55,768 bases of DNA. Source: Folioceros fuciformis (lineage: Eukaryota). Where the stretch lies: contig JBNGIO010006380.1 of NCBI GenBank assembly GCA_049999805.1, positions 614,735 to 670,502 on the forward strand, written 5' to 3'. Below, in pieces: positions 11,275 to 23,372 of this stretch. The stretch's first letter is position 1, and each line of letters opens with the position of its first letter. The position numbers and the translations under genes were made by a program. The notes beneath the pieces were generated by a model. The model was given only the letters and a program-made list of their open reading frames with translations, searched no databases and was not told where the DNA came from.

Positions 11275-13152
11275 ATGGCTGCAGGTAGCAGGGACTACTT
11301 CGGGCAGGGGGGTGGAGGAAGCCCGGAGCAGGAGGATGCCAGTGCAAGGTACGAGGAGCTCATGCTACAGTGCTGCGGGTTTGGTGAGGAGGATGGGGAG
11401 AAGGGGGAGGAGGAAGAGGAGGTGGACGACGTGAAGGTGCAGCGGTTGAAAGCGGCGGATCTGCATGCCAGGGCTGTTGTGAAGTTTCACAAGGCCACCT
11501 TCTTCAAGGAGCTGGTGTATCACATCTTCTTCCCGCTGTCAGCGCCGCTCATTTGGTACATGGAAGGCGGGTGGCTGGGGTTGGTGAACCGTGGTTTCGC
11601 ATCCAGGGAGCAAATGGTGGTGGGTGTGGCGCAGTGGTTTATGGCGGTGAACATTTATGCGGTGAATGTGGTGACCGCCATGTATGTGGTGCCCGCTAGG
11701 AGCTGGAGCTTCTTTTATCAGATTGCATTGGTGGATGTGCTATGGGTGTTGCGGAACTCGGTGGTAGCAACCAAGTATGCGTTCACGTCTCCGAAGGAGA
11801 TGCAGGAGATGCGGACCACGAGGGTGTCGGTGGACGTGCATGACAGCCGGACGTTGCTGGTGTCCTGGCGGGACCCTATTCCCAAGCATGTGCTCAAGGG
11901 CGAGCTGTACCTGTCGGCGACCAGGTGCAAGATGCTGTCTCCTTGGTTCTTCAAGCTGGAGAATGTAAGGGAGTCGATGGAGTCGATTAGGGATATGGTG
12001 GATGATGTGAGCGGGGGCCTGGAAGGTACCTCGCTTGGTTTCTGGAAGGATGCGGACCAGTGGGTGAGGCTACCTGAGTCGGGGGACCTGCCTAGCCTTG
12101 ACCGCCTGCCTGTGCATGTGTACGCCGCACACATTCTATGGCAGTCATCCAGTCTCAGCAGATTGAGGAGAGTGGGTCACACGCTACTGAGCCAGCACCT
12201 GATGAAGTGCTCGATAGGGTTGGGCCTGCTGCATGGAGTTTTGCCTGAGACTGGGCGTGCTCTCTTTGGGGGCCACAAATTCCCAGGTCCCGTCTGGGCG
12301 AAGTACCTTGTTGGTTTCGCAAACTTTTCTCTCATCGCCTTCACTATGTGGTCCAATGTGGCGTTCATGATGGTGGGTGTGTTGGATTTTCGAAGGAGAC
12401 ATTATGTGTCACAGAAGCTGGATGAGCTTCTTAGGTACGGTGTGTACTTGGGGGACAGATATGGCAGGGGGGAGATATCTACCAGGAGGAGCCAAAGCGG
12501 CGTAAGTAGCTCCAGTCTTGGCACCCGTAGCACCCGTAGCACCCGTAGCAGCCGCAGCAGCCGCAGCAGCACAGCCCTCTCCGGGCCTGGGATTGTGGTG
12601 GATTTCACGGATCCTGAGACGCTCTTAGCTTGGTGGGTTTGTCGGCAGATGGCTCAGAACTTTGGTCTTGGATTTCACAGGAGGATCAAGTTCTACACCA
12701 CCTACTTTGCCTGCTACTGTGGCATCTTGCTTTTTTATGTGGGGCTGAGGCTTTTTGCCGGTATCAAAAGGGAAGATCTGTACGTTCTAATCACCGTAAC
12801 CTTCAGCATCTACGTCTTCCTCTTTCTTCTGGCTCTTATGGTGTGGCCAGGTGGAGATGTGAACCTTACTCGCATCCATCATGGAGCCACGTTAGCTCAT
12901 TGGAAGCTCAGCCTACAGAGAAAAATCAGGTTGAACCATAAATGGATGTCTGCGGAAGAGCTCACCAGGGCCAAGACAGCTGTGGATATGATCACCTTCA
13001 TTGCTGAAAGTGTCAAGTGGGATAATGGAAAGATGCAGATGTCTATTTGTGGATTTGAGGCTGGGGAGCAGCTCATCAGCGTCATCGTTGCCACTGTCAC
13101 GGCTTCCCTTTCGATTGGTGTGGGTCAGATTGCTCAAAATGGCCTTGCTTAA
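11275..13152 (+). CDS. Intronless multi-pass membrane protein (625 aa), possible PHTF-like / 7TM ion-channel superfamily member
   Basis: Long uninterrupted ORF with an acidic N-terminus, 7 or more hydrophobic segments, and a C-terminal SICGFEAGEQLISVIVATV segment. The family call is an inference. Confidence 0.8.
   Translation: MAAGSRDYFGQGGGGSPEQEDASARYEELMLQCCGFGEEDGEKGEEEEEVDDVKVQRLKAADLHARAVVKFHKATFFKELVYHIFFPLSAPLIWYMEGGWLGLVNRGFASREQMVVGVAQWFMAVNIYAVNVVTAMYVVPARSWSFFYQIALVDVLWVLRNSVVATKYAFTSPKEMQEMRTTRVSVDVHDSRTLLVSWRDPIPKHVLKGELYLSATRCKMLSPWFFKLENVRESMESIRDMVDDVSGGLEGTSLGFWKDADQWVRLPESGDLPSLDRLPVHVYAAHILWQSSSLSRLRRVGHTLLSQHLMKCSIGLGLLHGVLPETGRALFGGHKFPGPVWAKYLVGFANFSLIAFTMWSNVAFMMVGVLDFRRRHYVSQKLDELLRYGVYLGDRYGRGEISTRRSQSGVSSSSLGTRSTRSTRSSRSSRSSTALSGPGIVVDFTDPETLLAWWVCRQMAQNFGLGFHRRIKFYTTYFACYCGILLFYVGLRLFAGIKREDLYVLITVTFSIYVFLFLLALMVWPGGDVNLTRIHHGATLAHWKLSLQRKIRLNHKWMSAEELTRAKTAVDMITFIAESVKWDNGKMQMSICGFEAGEQLISVIVATVTASLSIGVGQIAQNGLA
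12521..12571 (+). repeat. 9-bp coding tandem repeat (STR/SSR tripeptides)
   Basis: gcacccgta x3 followed by gcagccgca units, encoding TRSTRSTRSSRSSRSS. Confidence 0.85.
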
Positions 13153-14256
13153 TGATGCTAGCTTTTATACCGTCACTGGCAGGTGGGATATTGGGAACGC
13201 TAAGACGTCAACGTGTGCATTTGAGTGTGGGAAAGCGGCGTATCAGGATTCTTGTTGCCTCTGTCCTCGTTCCCTTCCGATTGTTGTCGTCAGATAGCCC
13301 GAGTGGCCTCAGTTATTGATCCTGCTGCTGTGCTTGTCCCGTCACTGGCAGCAACTGCGAGACTGTTTCCAATCTTGTTGACGACGAGTGAGCATATCAT
13401 TTGTGTGTGAGATTGTCTACTGAATGTCGTCCACGTTTCACTTGCCGGGTTGCTAAGAGGTGTGCCTGTCTTTGCCTCTTTCAGACATGCATCATTCGAG
13501 ATGTGTAGGTGTGGGCACTCTCACTCCAAACCTGCAGGAGTTGAGTTTGTTATGTTTGTGAAACCTGTTAACCACTCAAGGGCAGATCAAGTAGAGATGG
13601 AGCCCGTAGATGTCGTACCCCTGTGACACGAGCTCTTGGTTTCACGAATTTGCAGATGGACGAGCCTTGAAACCGCATCCAGCGGAGGGGGTGGTGTGCA
13701 GGGCGACATGTGCGTGGGAATTGACTGCCGAGGCCACGGTGGGTTGTGTTGGAACAGGAGGAGGAGGCCTGACTCGTTGTTATGACTTCTTCAAGCGTTC
13801 TTCCGCGTAGGGCTCTCCCTCAGCGAGGAGGAAGTTTAAAGAAGGTCGCATTTCTCTTATCAGTCGAATGATACCAGCAGTTAGCTTGAACGTTTCTCAT
13901 ATTATTGGATGCAAGACCCATGATCTCTGTCCTGAGTATCTTTCATGGGGTTCGTCCTCATTTGTGGCATTGTACATCGAGATGTAAGCCTGAAGCTGTA
14001 TGTAAATAAATGTGTCTGGTTCAGGGCTGAAGTTCCGTGTGTTTGTATAGATATGGTTGATGCAATGGTGGAGGCCAGGGTAGGAGTGGCGTCTATGCAA
14101 CGTGAGGAAGAACGGGGGTGCGAGGGTTGAGTGCAGCCACAGGTCTTAACCTCGGAATCCGTTTGCCCATGATGTTCAAGTATCTCTGCGGTTTGAAACA
14201 CGAGGAGGTCGATCAGTGGACAACACAGTCGTCAAGACATGAGCGAGGAAATGTGG

Positions 14257-16639
14257 TCACAAACGGAACGTTGCACCTACCATCAAGCCATTGGAGGCTC
14301 TCTGGCATCCAACTCTTTTGTAATGGCTGTGACAGATGTGATTGCCCTCACGCCCGCTCTGTCCCTCATCACCCCGCGTGGCCGCCAGCGCCAGGACTTG
14401 TTCCATGTGCAGGGTTTCCTCTAGCAGCCTGGGCGGCCCACCGGCTGGGCCTGCAGCTTTCAGTCTCACACTCACAGGTTTCTTCCCTATGTCTGCCTGC
14501 AGCTCTGCTGCCTTCTTGGACAGCTTCCTCTTCCGCTTCAATCGCCCGTCCTGCCCGACCTCGGCGTCCGCTTCGACTTCCGCATCCACATCTGTCTCTG
14601 CGCAGTCACGTAGGATGGATGCAAGGTGTGAGAATTGAAGCCAATGTGTGACTGGGTCCAAACTTTTTTGTGGGCGATGGGTGAGCTGGAACCCAATATC
14701 GCAAGGATGAGCTGGTAGACTGTCACCTTCTGTTGATTGGGACATGTGAGGGGACCCGGGGATGGACTCGTCATCAGGATCGAAGAGCGGAGAGTCCTTG
14801 GAGTCTGGAGTGTCGCATCTGGCTTTGTTGGTGGGCAACTGGTCGGCAGGGCCGTCTGGCAAGGGGCCCGTTGGGAGGAAGTACAAGCCGTCATCGGAGT
14901 CATCGGTCTCGCTGTAGGCAGCCACCTTGTCTGCCGTCACGATGTCGATGTCTGCATCATCATCTGCCTGAGCCTGAGCCTGGGAGATCTTTACCTGCAT
15001 CCCAAACGAGTCCAGAAAAGTGGGTGGGAGCCTCTTCGGAGGATTGAACCGAACCCCCGAACACACTCTTACCTTCTCAGCCTCGGGTGGCAGGATGTCG
15101 AATTCGTCCTCTCGTTCTACGTATTCCTCGTTCTCTTCCAGTTCCTTGAAGTCCGGGGCAAACGCACTCCAGTTCTCGGAGTAGTCCTTGGCCCAGAGAT
15201 ATACCACACCGTTCATGGTCACAGATGCAACAATTGGTCGGGTGGGATGCCAAGCAAGGTCAGCCAGCCCTTCCTTTGGGCATTCCAGTATCCTTGCAAG
15301 CTGTCCGAACTTTCTGTTCCATATATGAATCTTGTGCTCCGCCTTGTTGGCCGATGCCCCCACAACACACTCGCTGTCACAGTTGAAGCAGGCTGATTTC
15401 CAGTGTATCCGATTCACCGTCTCCTGGAACTCCTTGGACAGTCGCAGACACTGCAGGCCCCTGGTCCTTGGGTCATCCGTCTCCCCCTCCTTCACCAAGC
15501 TCCGAAACCATTCCTGCAAGTCGCATCCAGCGGGGATGAGGTTCTCGAACACCCGGATGATCCTGTCACTGGAGTTGGTCAGCATGTGGAGCCCGTTTCG
15601 GCTAAACACCACTTGCCTGATGGAAGCACCTCCAGGCACCTGCACATGGCACTGGATCTGCCGGGTTTTCACATCCACGATGAGGATGTCTCCCTTAGCA
15701 TTCCCTACGAAGATGAGGTCTCCCTTCTTGTTGAAGCTTGCTGCAGACGGCGAGTACAGCCCACTCTCCGTGATCTTGCAACTGGGACGGGGCTGCTGAG
15801 ATATCGATGCCACCGAGGCAGAAGCAGAGGCAGACGCAGAGGCAGGCTGAGGTTGTAATACTTGTGCCTGAACCTGAGCCAGGCCCTGTGCCTGTGCCTG
15901 TGCCTGTGCTTGTGCTTGTGCTTGTGAGGCCTGAGCCTCAGACACTTCGACCACCGCAGCGGGCACATCCACAGGAAGCACATGCATGCTCCCTGCCTCC
16001 AGGTCCACAAGAACTGGAGCACTGGAAATGGGACATGCCAGACACAGGCAGGGCTTGGACATTCCCGGGTGCAGCCGAGCGTGCAAAGCCGTCTGCTCCA
16101 AGGCGAAGCTGGCGATCCTGGCGCCCTGTGCAACATCCCAGAGATAGAGCATTCTGTGGGCTGCAGCAGCCAGCAAGCGGCGGCCACATTTGGACCAACT
16201 CACACTCGTGATGGCCGCGGTGCATTCTGGATCAATCAACTCCTTGGCCACACCTCTGGTGTCGAAGTCCCATATCACGCACACTCCGTCCAGGCAGCCC
16301 GCTGCAATGGCGCCCACAACCCGAATGCTCGCTTAATTGCCAGCAAGCATTATGTGAGAAATCAAGAAGGGAGGAGAGGGTGATGAATTCAAGAACCGGC
16401 AAGAAGAGTTCCCCTCCGATTGAAAGCGATGCAGCGCGTCACCCTGTGCTCCAGACCTTCCTCAATCACATCCGGAAAATCACTCTGGAATGGATCTGCG
16501 TACAAAGAACCAGTGCCCATTCTTGAATTCAGGAAAACAGACCAATCGGCACCGACATTCTCCGGGAAGCACGATCATCGCAACAGCAATACAGAATGAG
16601 CGATACAATTGCCGCCCTACCAAGAAGGCACAGATTCAT
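14257..16639 (-). CDS. RBL: RBBP5/Swd1 WD40 subunit of COMPASS (RBL); exons ~16639-16621, 16495-16397, 16301-15073, 14994-14727, 14597-14257 (3' end uncertain)
   Basis: Spliced N-terminus MNLCLLDPFQSDFPDVIEEGLEHRVTRCIAFNRRGTLLAAGCLDG and the hallmark ENWSAFAPDFKELEENEEYVEREDEFD. Confidence 0.93.
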
Positions 16640-16890
16640 GGCTTCCTTCGTCCACAGCGGGAGAATGGCGAGAGGAGGGCCGACAAGGCGAGGCGGGAAA
16701 CAACCAGCTTAGACTCGCCTTCATGTTTTGTTGGAAGCAGTTTCCTCTCGGTGACGTACAGGGCTGCTGCACGCCAGAGTCCTGGCCCCCGGACACGTTC
16801 TTATGAAATATTTGTATTGCAATTTGGTAACCATCGTTTTGTTTCAGAGGGAAGGCATTATGTAATGCAAGTTTCATCGTTTTGTATGGC

Positions 16891-17417
16891 ATGGCGCTTT
16901 TGAGGTACGTGGTGTTGTTGCACACGGACGTGCCCAAGGCAGCCCGCTTCTACGCACACGGCTTGGGCTTGGCCGTGACTGTGTGCACGCAAAGGTGGGC
17001 ACAGCTGCAGTCTGGTCCCTACAAGATCAGTCTCCTGCAAGCGCCGAGGTGAGGGTATTGGATGACGCAGGTCAGTGGAGTGTGTAGCTGCAGGGAGGAG
17101 CAGGACTGAGGGAGCTTGTGGGTGCAGTGATGGGATAGTGGTGAAGGGACACTCCCCCTTCCTGTCATTCGATGTGGAGGACATGGACCAGACTGTGAGG
17201 AAGCTCTTGACATTGGGAGCAGAGTTGGATGGGCCCATTAAGTACTTGAGTCATGGGAAGGTAGGGTTGCACGAGCCCTTCCTTTTCTGTGGGTTGCGTT
17301 TGGAGAGGGAGCCGGCTCAGACTGGTCTTCGTTGAGTTGCAGGTTGCGTCGGTGCGGTGTCTTGATGGCCACATGCTCGGCCTGTACGAACCTGCGGCAC
17401 ACTCTGCTGCTTCCTGA
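16891..17417 (+). CDS. Small glyoxalase/VOC-family protein (exons 16891-17048, 17128-17260, 17343-17417)
   Basis: Spliced product MALLRYVVLLHTDVPKAARFYAHGLGL...LSFDVEDMDQTVRKLLTLGAELDGPIKYLSHGKVASVRCLDGHMLGLYEP matches plant glyoxalase I-like VOC proteins. Introns are GT-AG. Confidence 0.9.
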
Positions 17418-17946
17418 CTGGTGAAGTTGAAGAGGCCCTCGTTGTTGCTGAGAGAAGCGGGTGGGTTTGAGGATTGTAGATCGAAGTATCGGCTCCGGCT
17501 TTAGGTTAGGTATGTCGTCTGTAGGTGGAAGGATTTTTCCGTCGTGGTCGGAATGAGAGTAGGTGCTTTCCTTACATTCGTGTTTGCTGGCGGGTGGATA
17601 CAGATCGAGAGCAGGGCTTCTTGCCATTTGTTTGACTCCAAACGGTGGACACGGTTTGGTTGCCGATGTACCCTAGTAAAACCTTGTGCTCCAATTGCAC
17701 GTTCTGAAGAGGAATCAAGGTCAATGCTGTGAAGGAGGAATGAAGATCAATGCTGGTCAGAGGTAGACTCCTATTGCTATCTCAAGTGTACCTCTATGCC
17801 AATCTTGTCTACCTTTATTTTATTGTACCGTAATAACAATAATTGTAGATCAATGCTGGACAAAAGCGTACCCCTACTGCCATCTCAAAGTATCTCCATG
17901 ATAATACTCTTCTCACTTTACTATATTGTACATACGCTTTGTTCCT

Positions 17947-19098
17947 TCAGCCTTTGAGAGGCAGTATGGATTCCATGGAAGAGTCGACGTCAGCGAAAGT
18001 CTGATTCTTGGCAACAGTAAACCAAAACACGAGAGCAGCCCTCGCATACATCACCCTCACCTCCTGCAGCTTCAGACTTCCACTGACTTTCACTGCCCCC
18101 GATCCACCCTGTATCCTAGTTTCAACAACCGACACATCACTCCGGCCTTTGGTGATGGCTGTGGGAAACAGCTCTAGCTCATCGTCAGCTGTGCTCACAA
18201 TTGGACAACACAGGTGCTCCAGTGGGTGCTCTTCGCACTTTAGGAAACAGCTCTCCACTGTAAGCCGGCCCTTCCTGTGAAGCAGGCAGCTTCCCAGTTC
18301 CGCTTGAATTGTAAGGTTTACAACTCTGCAGCTCGCCGAGAATTCCAGAGCACTGCAACAGATACAACTGAGTCATTGAACCACACTACCAGTACGTACT
18401 GTGATTTGGTCTCCTGCCTTGGGCAAGGCAAGCTCACACGCACCTTTCAACTCCCCTTGGGCATTGCAGAATTGTGTCATCCGGAGACTCGCCATCTCCC
18501 ATCTGTACAACAGCAACAACTCTGTGAGAACAACAATCAAAACCTGCAGGTCGAAAACTCAGATTATGCCAAGCAACCAGCAGCCATACCAAGCACAACG
18601 GCTTATCGAGATGCACATTCACGACTTCATGAGCTGCTCCCGACGCTATCAGGATGGTGTCCCCAGGCCTGCCATCCACTACAGCTGGTCAGGTCCAGTA
18701 GACCCTGCAGTTCCATTCCGTTCAGGCAGCAGGAAGTGAGCTACCGGTACCTGGCCTCGTTAACCGCATCCTGCACCTTCAAGAAAACCCCGGGACACCC
18801 TTCGGGTCCAGTGCCCACCCGCAGCCACATTCGAGGATCCGACGCCAGACTCTGCCATCGTCTGCACACCCGTCCTGCATGAAATCTATCTGCAAAACCC
18901 CCAATGATGCATCCTCTGAGAAAAGGAAAGGCAGGCCTGCAGAACCAATTTGCCCAGCAGAACTGTGGGCGGTGGGTTGGAAGAGAGGCAGCGAGCGGCA
19001 CCAGGCATGGGTGTGAGGAAGCTGAAAATCCGCACAAGGCAGGCGTCGTCCAGTAAGTGCACCGGGCTAGCACGGCCGGGAGACCATCGTCCCGACAT
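17947..19098 (-). CDS. SKIP5: F-box protein SKIP5-like, multi-exon (start may extend to an ATG at 19287)
   Basis: LLDDACLVRIFSFLTPMP, VCRRWQSLASDPRMWLRV, RPGDTILIASG, LCCPIVSTA and TRIQGGSGAV...LQEVRVMYARAALVFWF across successive exons. Confidence 0.88.
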
Positions 19099-19753
19099 GG
19101 TCGCCTTCCCCCGCACCCACGCGCTCTCCTCCCTTTAACAGCGCATGCAGCCCTGATGCAGGGCTCCTGCTCAGATGCAGCGCACTCATCACCCTGTCCG
19201 ATTCCTGCAACACACAGGATCGGACTCCTGCTTCCGGCAGCCAATCTCTTACGCAGGCCCACCCTGCGATTCACTTTGCTTGGACATATCGTTGGAATGA
19301 AAGCGAGTAGCTTGAGGAGCTGGTGTGTGGAAACTCGTCGACTAGGAGGTGCAGGTGCCGGTGTCTGCATCCTCAATTAGTGCCTTACGCAAAGTACAGG
19401 TACGACCAGGCCTCCACATTTCCCAGGCCGCGCGTTTGTAGATCAAATCCCTTGGGAAGAAGAAGAAGAATTCTATTGAAGTCCTCTACGGAAGGATGGC
19501 TGGAGACCTTACCGGTCACATGCTCAAGAAAGTTTCAGACATGGTCCCACATCGTTACTGCAGTGTTTCTAAACTGTGTCTGAGAGGGCCATGCACGTTG
19601 ACTGCGACGGTGTGTTTTATTACACACCATCTACTTCGGGAAGGTTACTAAGCCTGGAAGATGGCGGCCTTTAAAAGATTCAGGCTTGTCCATGTCTTGG
19701 GGGGGCGACGCAGTCGGTGAGTTGTGGGAGTGAGGCACCAGGTCTCACACGTT

Positions 19754-22700
19754 ATGGCTTCTAAAGGTTTGGGGAAAGAGAAGAAGAGCAATGGGAAGGA
19801 AGCGGCTGATGGAACTACGGAGAAGACGCTCACGTTGGAAACGTTTGTCAGCAGAACGATGCCCCTGATTGACCTTGAGAAGGTGGTGATGCCGTTCAGT
19901 TGTTGTGGAATTTGTCCGTGCAGCCAGGATGGTCCCTGCATGGGTGGTGTCTGAAATATGGATGTCTGGGGCTTCCAGGAAGCGGAGATTGCAGCTTCAG
20001 TGTACAGAAATTCTGCCCTGACACCTGATGTTGCTCAGAAACGGGGGAATGTTTTGTTCAACTTGAAGTGTGCGGATGTGCAGGTAGGGGTGGTTTTGAT
20101 TTGAGGGTTGTTTCAGTCTGGGTGGGTTGCAAAAGTGCTTGCTCACGAGTGCCCTCGTCCTATCTCTTGGATCTTAGATAGGGCTTTTCGGCAAGATGCT
20201 GGTGGAACTGCATCCAAACAGGGGGGATCTACTTCCGCCTCATAAGGTAACAGGAGACTTAGTTCACAAGAATGCTGCACGACAGGGACTAGTATGGGTC
20301 ACTTACACTCTTCTCGTATCAGCTCACCACGCATGATGTTGTGATGCTCCGGTTTAACAAGGCAGACTCATCCGACCCCCCGTTGGGCCAAGGTATTGTG
20401 TACCGCCTCAAGGTGAGCATTCTCTTCATTGTTGAATTGTACCTTCTTTTAACTGGATGGGGGTGCCGGGCCGGGGGGCCTGATGCCTCACAACTGATCG
20501 CAGGAGGAATCCATTACAATAGCTTTTGAAGACATGCTGGAGGACGGCTTAAATTCTCCTGTTCGGCTGGAAAAAGTTGCTAACGAAGTCTGTCAAACTC
20601 AACCACTGCCTTGAGGAAGGGACTGGATTTTATTTCGAAGCTAACCTTTGTTGTTTTATACCCAGGTGACGTATTACAGGCTGAAGCAAACACTTTGGGA
20701 GCTAAGCCGTGGTGTAGTGGTGGGTCCTGCGGCTGACCTGGTGCAAATTCTGTTTGGTTCTCAGCCTCCTTTGTTCTCAAAGAAGCCTGTTACATTCACG
20801 CCTTTCAATAGCAACCTAGACCACTCTCAGGTAGAGCTTTCGCCAAGACCCTTTGTTCATTCTCATGTATTCTGGTGCTAGCATCCATCGTGTTTGCCAA
20901 TTGACTAAGCTCTGCCTGCGTTTATGGTAACGTCGTTCACCTTTCTCCTGCCTGTGTAAGAGCAGAAGGCAGCTGTGGGAAAGGCACTGGAAGCAAGTAG
21001 CGTGGCTTTGCTCCATGGCCCCCCAGGTACTGGAAAGACCACAGCTTTAGTGGAGGTCATTCTTCAAGAAGTGAAACGTGGTTGCAAAGTGCTTGCCTGT
21101 GCAGCTTCGAATATTGCAGTCGATAATATTGTTGAACGACTTCTCTGCAATAAGTAAGGATGATTGCTGGGTACGTCTGCGAACATGCTAATTTCCTGAA
21201 TTGATATAACTGTGAAGGTGAAGATGTTGCAGAGTGAAATTGGTACGAGTTGGGCATCCAGCACGACTTCTGCCACAAGTTTTAGACAGTGCACTTGATG
21301 CTCAGGTATGCCTCTCTTGCACATGTGTGTGTGCTATCCGTGGGAATGATTGGTCTGATCTTGCCCAATTTGTGCGGTATGCAGGTATTAAAAGCAGGAA
21401 ACAGCGCTTTGGCAAATGACGTGAGAAAGGAGATGAAGGTAGTGTGCTTTTCAGTCGCTGTACAGTCTTGGAGTTGGACCACAGAGATGTGTTGTTCTTG
21501 TATGGCCCACCTCGCCTGTTTGATCCATCCAGGCACTTAATGCTAAACTCCTAAAAGCCAAAGACCAGAGGAGTCGGGGAGACATTCGCAAGGAGCTACG
21601 TGTTTTAGCCGTGGAAGAGAACAAAAGGAATCAGCAAGCTGTTGCGGATGTCATCAAGAACTCAAGTGTGATCCTTACAACTCTAACGGGAGCCCTTTCC
21701 TCCCAGCTCAAGGACACCACGTTCGATGTCGTCGTGATTGATGAGGCTGCCCAGGCTCTTGAAGTTGCTTGCTGGATTGCTCTTCTCAAGGTAATGCTGT
21801 CGTGGGTAAGGCAGGATGCTGTTGGAACTTGACTGTCCACCAGTCTGACACCGGGAGGTTAATTCTTGTAACTTGGCAGGGTCGGAAGTGTATCCTCGCT
21901 GGTGACCATCTGCAATTATCCCCTACTATCATAAGTGCAGAAGCTGAAAAGAAGGGACTTGGCAAGACACTATTTGCTCGCCTGGTAGATCTATACAAAG
22001 ATCAAGCAACCGTGATGCTAACAGTGCAATACCGGATGCATGAGGTTATCATGAACTGGTCATCGCATGAGTTCTACAAGAACAAGGTTGGTGTGCCGTG
22101 GCTAACGACTTCGAAATCATTTTCCCCCTAGTCTGATTCTGACAGCATGCACGTTAAAGCTCGAAGCCCATCGAAGTGTCCGGCACCATGGCCTTGGGGA
22201 TCTGGAAGGAGTGAAGAAGTCCTCGGCAACCGACCCGACTCTCATTCTTATTGACACAGCAGGGTGAGATGTCCGCCGTGGTCCCACAAATTCTCAAGTC
22301 CCACAACTTCCGTACGAGACAACTTACAATGAAAATCTTCTTCCCTTCCCTTTTCAACTCAGGTGTGGGATGGAGGAGACCAAGGATGAAGCAGACAGCT
22401 ACATGAACGAGGAGGAGGCCAAAGTGGCGGTGGCACATGCCAAGAAACTTCTTGAGTGTGGTGTCAAGGCCTCCAACGTGGGGATTATCACTCCATATTC
22501 TGGCCAGGTTTTGCATCACTTCATCACTCCTGCTGCTGCATTCCTATACCATGCCACCTGCATTGAGAAGTTCCGACTTTCCAGGTGGGCATTCTGAGAA
22601 CGATGAGAAACGAAGACAAGAACCTTGCAGACATCGAGATCAGCACTGTGGACGGATTCCAGGGCCGTGAGAAGGAAGCCATCATCATCTCCATGGTCAG

Positions 22701-22978
22701 ATCCAACGACAAGCACGAGGTAATAATAAACCTTCCCAAGCATCGTCCTCCAGCCATGTGGAAGACCCAATTGTCATGTCTCCTACATCGTCTCCCTGCA
22801 GGTGGGTTTCCTCAATGACAGCCGCCGCATGAACGTTGCTGTCACCCGTGCCCGCCGTCAATGCTGTGTGGTGTGCGACAGCGAGACTGTGTCGGGGGAT
22901 CCCTTCCTGAAGCGCCTGGTGGCATATTTCGAGGAGCACGGCGAGTACGAGAGTGCTGAGGGATTCGCACAAACCTGA
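19754..22978 (+). CDS. IGHMBP2/SMUBP-2-like UPF1-family SF1 helicase, many short exons
   Basis: Walker [64 protein letters not shown] and [12 protein letters not shown]. Confidence 0.93.
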
Positions 22979-23372
22979 TCTACCATAATAAAAATTATCA
23001 TTTATAATAAAATCTTCTGTTGCCGGTTCGTTTTTAGCGAAATCCCTATTTTAGAACATTCTTTATTAGCGATTATCCGAAACATGGCCGAGAGCTGGTC
23101 TATATATGCATAGCTACACAAATGCAGCTATGGTCCAAAGCATGTACTGGTTCTCATAATCAAGGTTCTGCTTTTGGCGCCAGTTTCACATGAATTATGA
23201 AATCAGCGTTACTGGATCACATCTTGCTTGCAGCGAGGTCCCAAAATCCGCTGTGGTGATGGTGCCTCGGTTGTTGTTTAGACATTGATCCTTGGTGATC
23301 CAATAGACTGCTTGCTCCTCCTGCGGGAAGAGGAGATTAAGGCCAATTTAGGAGCAGTAATTGTGGAGGAGG

